Assembly (NCBI GenBank): GCA_043816965.1
Contig: JBDRHK010000092.1
Span: 1-24,109 of the forward strand
Length of the DNA: 24,109 nt
Direction of reading: 5' to 3'
Origin: Candidatus Iainarchaeum sp.
GTDB taxonomy: Archaea; Iainarchaeota; Iainarchaeia; Iainarchaeales; JAFCCJ01
The number at the start of each line of letters is the position of its first letter. Within the stretch, counting starts at the first letter, position 1. Below the pieces are notes generated by a model. It was not told the origin of the DNA. It worked only from the letters and a program-made list of their open reading frames with translations, and searched no databases. Both the position numbers and the translations under genes were made by a program. Shown here piece after piece: positions 23,911 through 24,109 of this stretch.

Positions 23911-24109
23911 TTACTTCCTACCCAAACAGGCCTTCACAAACCCAAGGTAACAGGGATTTGGTTTTAGCGGCCTTGAGGTAAATTCAGGGTGGAACTGTGT
24001 TCCAAAAAAGAAGGGATGCGAAGGAAGTTCCAAAATCTGCATTATCCTTTTTTTCCCGGCATTTCCTGAAAAGACCAAACCGTTTTTCTCAAGCACGTCA
24101 ATGTATTTT
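23911..24109 (-). CDS. pyrG: CTP synthase, C-terminal glutaminase end (partial; continues beyond the window)
   Basis: GLVFSG...ELPSHPFFFGTQFHPEFTSRPLKPNP.Y.GFVKA, containing the His-x-Glu catalytic pair. Confidence 0.95.
   Translation of the reverse strand, partial: KYIDVLEKNGLVFSGNAGKKRIMQILELPSHPFFFGTQFHPEFTSRPLKPNPCYLGFVKACLGRK

Overview
A gene-dense (~40% GC by eye) archaeal chromosomal segment, most likely from a DPANN-type lineage such as Diapherotrites/Iainarchaeota. The lineage is inferred from TATA boxes ~21-24 nt before leaderless starts, GGTGA/GGAGG ribosome sites, tandem Lrp/AsnC regulators, TraB and Cys-rich surface proteins. The standard code fits, with TGA used as stop. Left to right: partial sufS; a Cys-containing membrane protein; PHP phosphoesterase plus CDP-alcohol phosphatidyltransferase; three orphan HTH proteins; a radical SAM/SPASM gene with a CsaA-like gene, divergent from a tandem Lrp; a DAP lysine cluster (dapB-dapA divergent from dapL-dapF-lysA); a divergent two-gene HTH cassette with a central palindrome; bacterial-type ribA plus a Trbp111-like gene; a methyltransferase plus B12 radical SAM pair divergent from a second tandem Lrp; AbrB plus a Drr-type ABC exporter; an Asp/Glu racemase homologue; TraB; four surface/orphan genes; partial pyrG. 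Best leads: (1) the repeated 'tandem Lrp / radical SAM operon / tRNA-binding OB-fold' arrangement, (2) the GGSHT/HTH cassette, (3) a DapA with two catalytic-triad substitutions, (4) orphan multi-HTH genes sharing an identical promoter, and (5) a candidate P(T/S)G C-terminal sorting motif. I saw no rRNA, tRNA, CRISPR or transposase. All family calls come from motif recognition by eye; no searches were run.
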